64,000 nt of DNA from Trypanosoma brucei (taxonomy: Eukaryota): the NCBI GenBank assembly GCA_000002445.1, contig CP000069.1, forward strand, positions 64,001-128,000. Direction: 5' to 3'. The translations under genes and the position numbers were made by a program. Under the pieces are notes generated by a model. That model searched no databases. It had not been told where the DNA came from and saw only the letters and a program-made list of their open reading frames with translations. Below are positions 62,013-64,000 of the stretch, piece by piece; positions within the stretch are counted from its first letter, which is position 1; every line of letters begins with the position of its first letter.

Positions 62013-64000
62013 TTAACAGGTACTACCAACACTTTCCAGGTCAATCAAATCAGTGGTGCAGCGTCGTCCCTCAACATAGGAAAAGTTTGAAGATGAAGCA
62101 ACCGTTGCAACAGTAGCTCCTCCAGGTGAAAATAGACTTCCACCCCTTTCCAATGATGTCACACTGCTGGAGGAGCTCCTCGTTCCAAAATCCATAACAC
62201 AACCCACCTTTGCAGCAATCCGACGGGTAACACAGCGACAACTGGCTTCATTCCAAGCATCCACCCCTGGGGGCTTCTTAACATGCCAACGCTCACAAAA
62301 TGTTGCAAGCATCTTCTGTCGCTGGATAACTGGAAATGCGCCAATGAGGGCATCAATGCAACCAGCAACCTGTTGAGCGGTGGCAGTTAAACCACACTCA
62401 TTAAAGCTCGACTCACTAGCGCTACTACCTGTTCCAACATCTTCTTCATCCTCGATTTCACGTTCCAGCCGTAATGCAGCAAAGTTGCGGCCAGGCACGG
62501 CATTCAACTGGTACATTTCCACAGGATCGGGCACACCACGTAGCGGCACATCACCAAGTGCAGTGACATCAATTTGCTCACGCTCCTCAGCTGACAGTGA
62601 CATGTAAACCTCATGCGTCATCAGCACCTGACCACCATTTGCTACACTCTCTGTCCTTGCTGCCATGTTTGGAGTCCGCCCATAGTAGTCATATCCCTTC
62701 GTCACTTCATCGTGTCGGATGTCGCACAACCCGGTGTGGATTCCAACACGTACACGCAGGCCATTCCACAAACGACTGTACACTTTAAGGTCCAACCGCG
62801 CAGTTGGCGGTGTGTACTTCTCGTCCTCCTCCGCACGCTGCTGCTCAAACTGCTGGTAAGAATCATCAACTGCATTTGTTCCCCAGTCATGTTGCAAGAA
62901 ACACAGCTGTAATTCCTGTGCGAGTTGGACGGCAGCGAAAGGACTCTTACTCGCTATCATGAACGAATCCCCAACAGTTTTGACTTCGTAGCACTTATAC
63001 CTCCCAATCAGTGAACGAATCAAATAGTGATGTGCCGCAACGGCATCGGGCATCAGCTCAGGGTGTGCAGCCCACAACGCAGTGCTGCTCTCAATGTCAG
63101 TAAATATTAGTGTCACAGGGTCCGTTGGCTCCTTGGGTGCAAGATTGTTATCACGAGCATTCCGCAGGGTGATGCGTAGGAGCACACCAAGGGCAATAAA
63201 AGGTATCAAGCCGGCTATACACCCGATACCTATGCCGGCTATCTGTGACCCTGTGAGACGACTCCCTCCTGAAATGATATACCCCATAGACGGTGTCATG
63301 CCGCGTTGCAATATGGGCACACTTGAATTCAGCACACGCGCCATCGACCATACAGAAATGTTTGTGGCTCCAAAGTTTGAGGCACACTCATTTGCCGAAA
63401 CACTCGTACCAGAAACACATTCCACATCACTGAAGGGTCCAAATCGCATGTCATCCACTTTGATGTTGGACTCCGTGTAAATGCGGTCTGCCAGCAGCTC
63501 TGCATTCACTTTCTTCATATTCGGGAGAATCACTTGAAGCAGCCGAGTGGTAACAAAACCTAAGAACGTTAGTGGATCCCAATGCGATTCATTCACAATG
63601 CGATGGAAACTCGCAACCACATCTGATTTCGTGTCCTTCTCCGCCCAGTGTGGGAAACTCGTCGCGAATAGGAGCCGCTCTGAGCTAGCAATAGACTCTT
63701 TACTCGCATTAAACGCAGCTACAAACTCATCGTAGTACATTGCAAGGTCATTGAATGGAATGAATACACGTGCCCTGCGGTGGGTCTGAAGGTGCCGCGC
63801 AACTGCAGCAACGTCAGTGAGAGTGAGTCCAATAGTAAACACATCTCTATTACCCGAGAGATATGACGATATCGGGTCACCATCACCAAGTGTCTTGCTG
63901 GAATCAAGCGGCACACCAAACGTGTCCAATGACTTGTACAGCAGGCTACTGATCTCCACTACTTGCTCACTACGTATGAGTGCATTTACTCCTCTGGAAG
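62013..64000 (-). CDS. GRESAG4: GRESAG4 copy 4, partial. Its 5' end lies beyond the window. In the part visible, the C-terminal two-thirds are present and intact.
   Basis: The 648-aa ORF has the TM region 'IAGIGIGCIAGLIPFIALGVLL', the full catalytic-domain motifs and a distinct C-terminal tail. The frame stays open upstream of the listed start (63959). Translating 63960-64000 gives '...SRGVNALIRSEQVV', which is homologous to 'SRGVNAFIRSAHAM' in copy 2. Confidence 0.85.
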   Translation of the reverse strand, partial: SRGVNALIRSEQVVEISSLLYKSLDTFGVPLDSSKTLGDGDPISSYLSGNRDVFTIGLTLTDVAAVARHLQTHRRARVFIPFNDLAMYYDEFVAAFNASKESIASSERLLFATSFPHWAEKDTKSDVVASFHRIVNESHWDPLTFLGFVTTRLLQVILPNMKKVNAELLADRIYTESNIKVDDMRFGPFSDVECVSGTSVSANECASNFGATNISVWSMARVLNSSVPILQRGMTPSMGYIISGGSRLTGSQIAGIGIGCIAGLIPFIALGVLLRITLRNARDNNLAPKEPTDPVTLIFTDIESSTALWAAHPELMPDAVAAHHYLIRSLIGRYKCYEVKTVGDSFMIASKSPFAAVQLAQELQLCFLQHDWGTNAVDDSYQQFEQQRAEEDEKYTPPTARLDLKVYSRLWNGLRVRVGIHTGLCDIRHDEVTKGYDYYGRTPNMAARTESVANGGQVLMTHEVYMSLSAEEREQIDVTALGDVPLRGVPDPVEMYQLNAVPGRNFAALRLEREIEDEEDVGTGSSASESSFNECGLTATAQQVAGCIDALIGAFPVIQRQKMLATFCERWHVKKPPGVDAWNEASCRCVTRRIAAKVGCVMDFGTRSSSSSVTSLERGGSLFSPGGATVATVASSSNFSYVEGRRCTTDLIDLESVGSTC

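Noticed and set aside
1-64000. Searched for prokaryote-style systems: CRISPR arrays, operons, toxin-antitoxin or defence islands.
   Set aside because: The sequence is clearly trypanosomatid nuclear DNA. It has large single-exon genes with trans-splice-type pyrimidine tracts, ingi, and the GRESAG4/LRRP/ENT families. I saw no short regularly spaced direct repeats with unique spacers or compact operon structure.

Overview
This window reads as Trypanosoma brucei-group nuclear DNA from an accessory, subtelomere-like region. The receptor-type adenylate cyclase (GRESAG4/ESAG4-like) gene family and an ingi non-LTR retroposon dominate it. From left to right I see the following. (1) An imperfect 20/29-nt tandem array, cut by the window edge, at 1-422. 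(2) An ingi element on the minus strand at about 739-6000. It has a poly(A) tail, an APE-endonuclease/RT/RNase H ORF, and a C2H2 zinc-finger C-terminal ORF split off by a frameshift. (3) GRESAG4 copy 1, intact, on the minus strand at 8196-11792. (4) A roughly 9.8-kb ORF-poor divergent spacer. (5) GRESAG4 copy 2, intact, on the plus strand at 21831-25469. (6) A roughly 7-kb inverted duplication. The left arm is about 24363-31345 and the right arm about 51475-58457. The arms are about 99% identical and each begins inside a GRESAG4 catalytic domain. (7) A roughly 20-kb unique segment between the arms. It holds a frameshifted leucine-rich-repeat-protein (LRRP, ESAG8-like) pseudogene on the minus strand at 32775-34639 and an intact 463-aa ENT-family nucleoside/nucleobase transporter gene on the plus strand at 47910-49301. 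(8) GRESAG4 copy 3 on the minus strand at about 57351-60950. It is a mosaic pseudogene: the extracellular part is frameshifted and divergent, while the catalytic and C-terminal part is intact and near-identical to copy 2. (9) GRESAG4 copy 4 on the minus strand from 62013 to the window end, partial. The supplied ORF track uses GTG/TTG as start codons, so several listed N-termini are not real ATG starts. I corrected the starts where the sequence allowed. I found no prokaryote-style system such as CRISPR, operons or defence islands. I also found no clearly novel gene system. The most interesting biology is structural: the large inverted duplication and the gene-conversion-like mosaicism among the cyclase paralogues.
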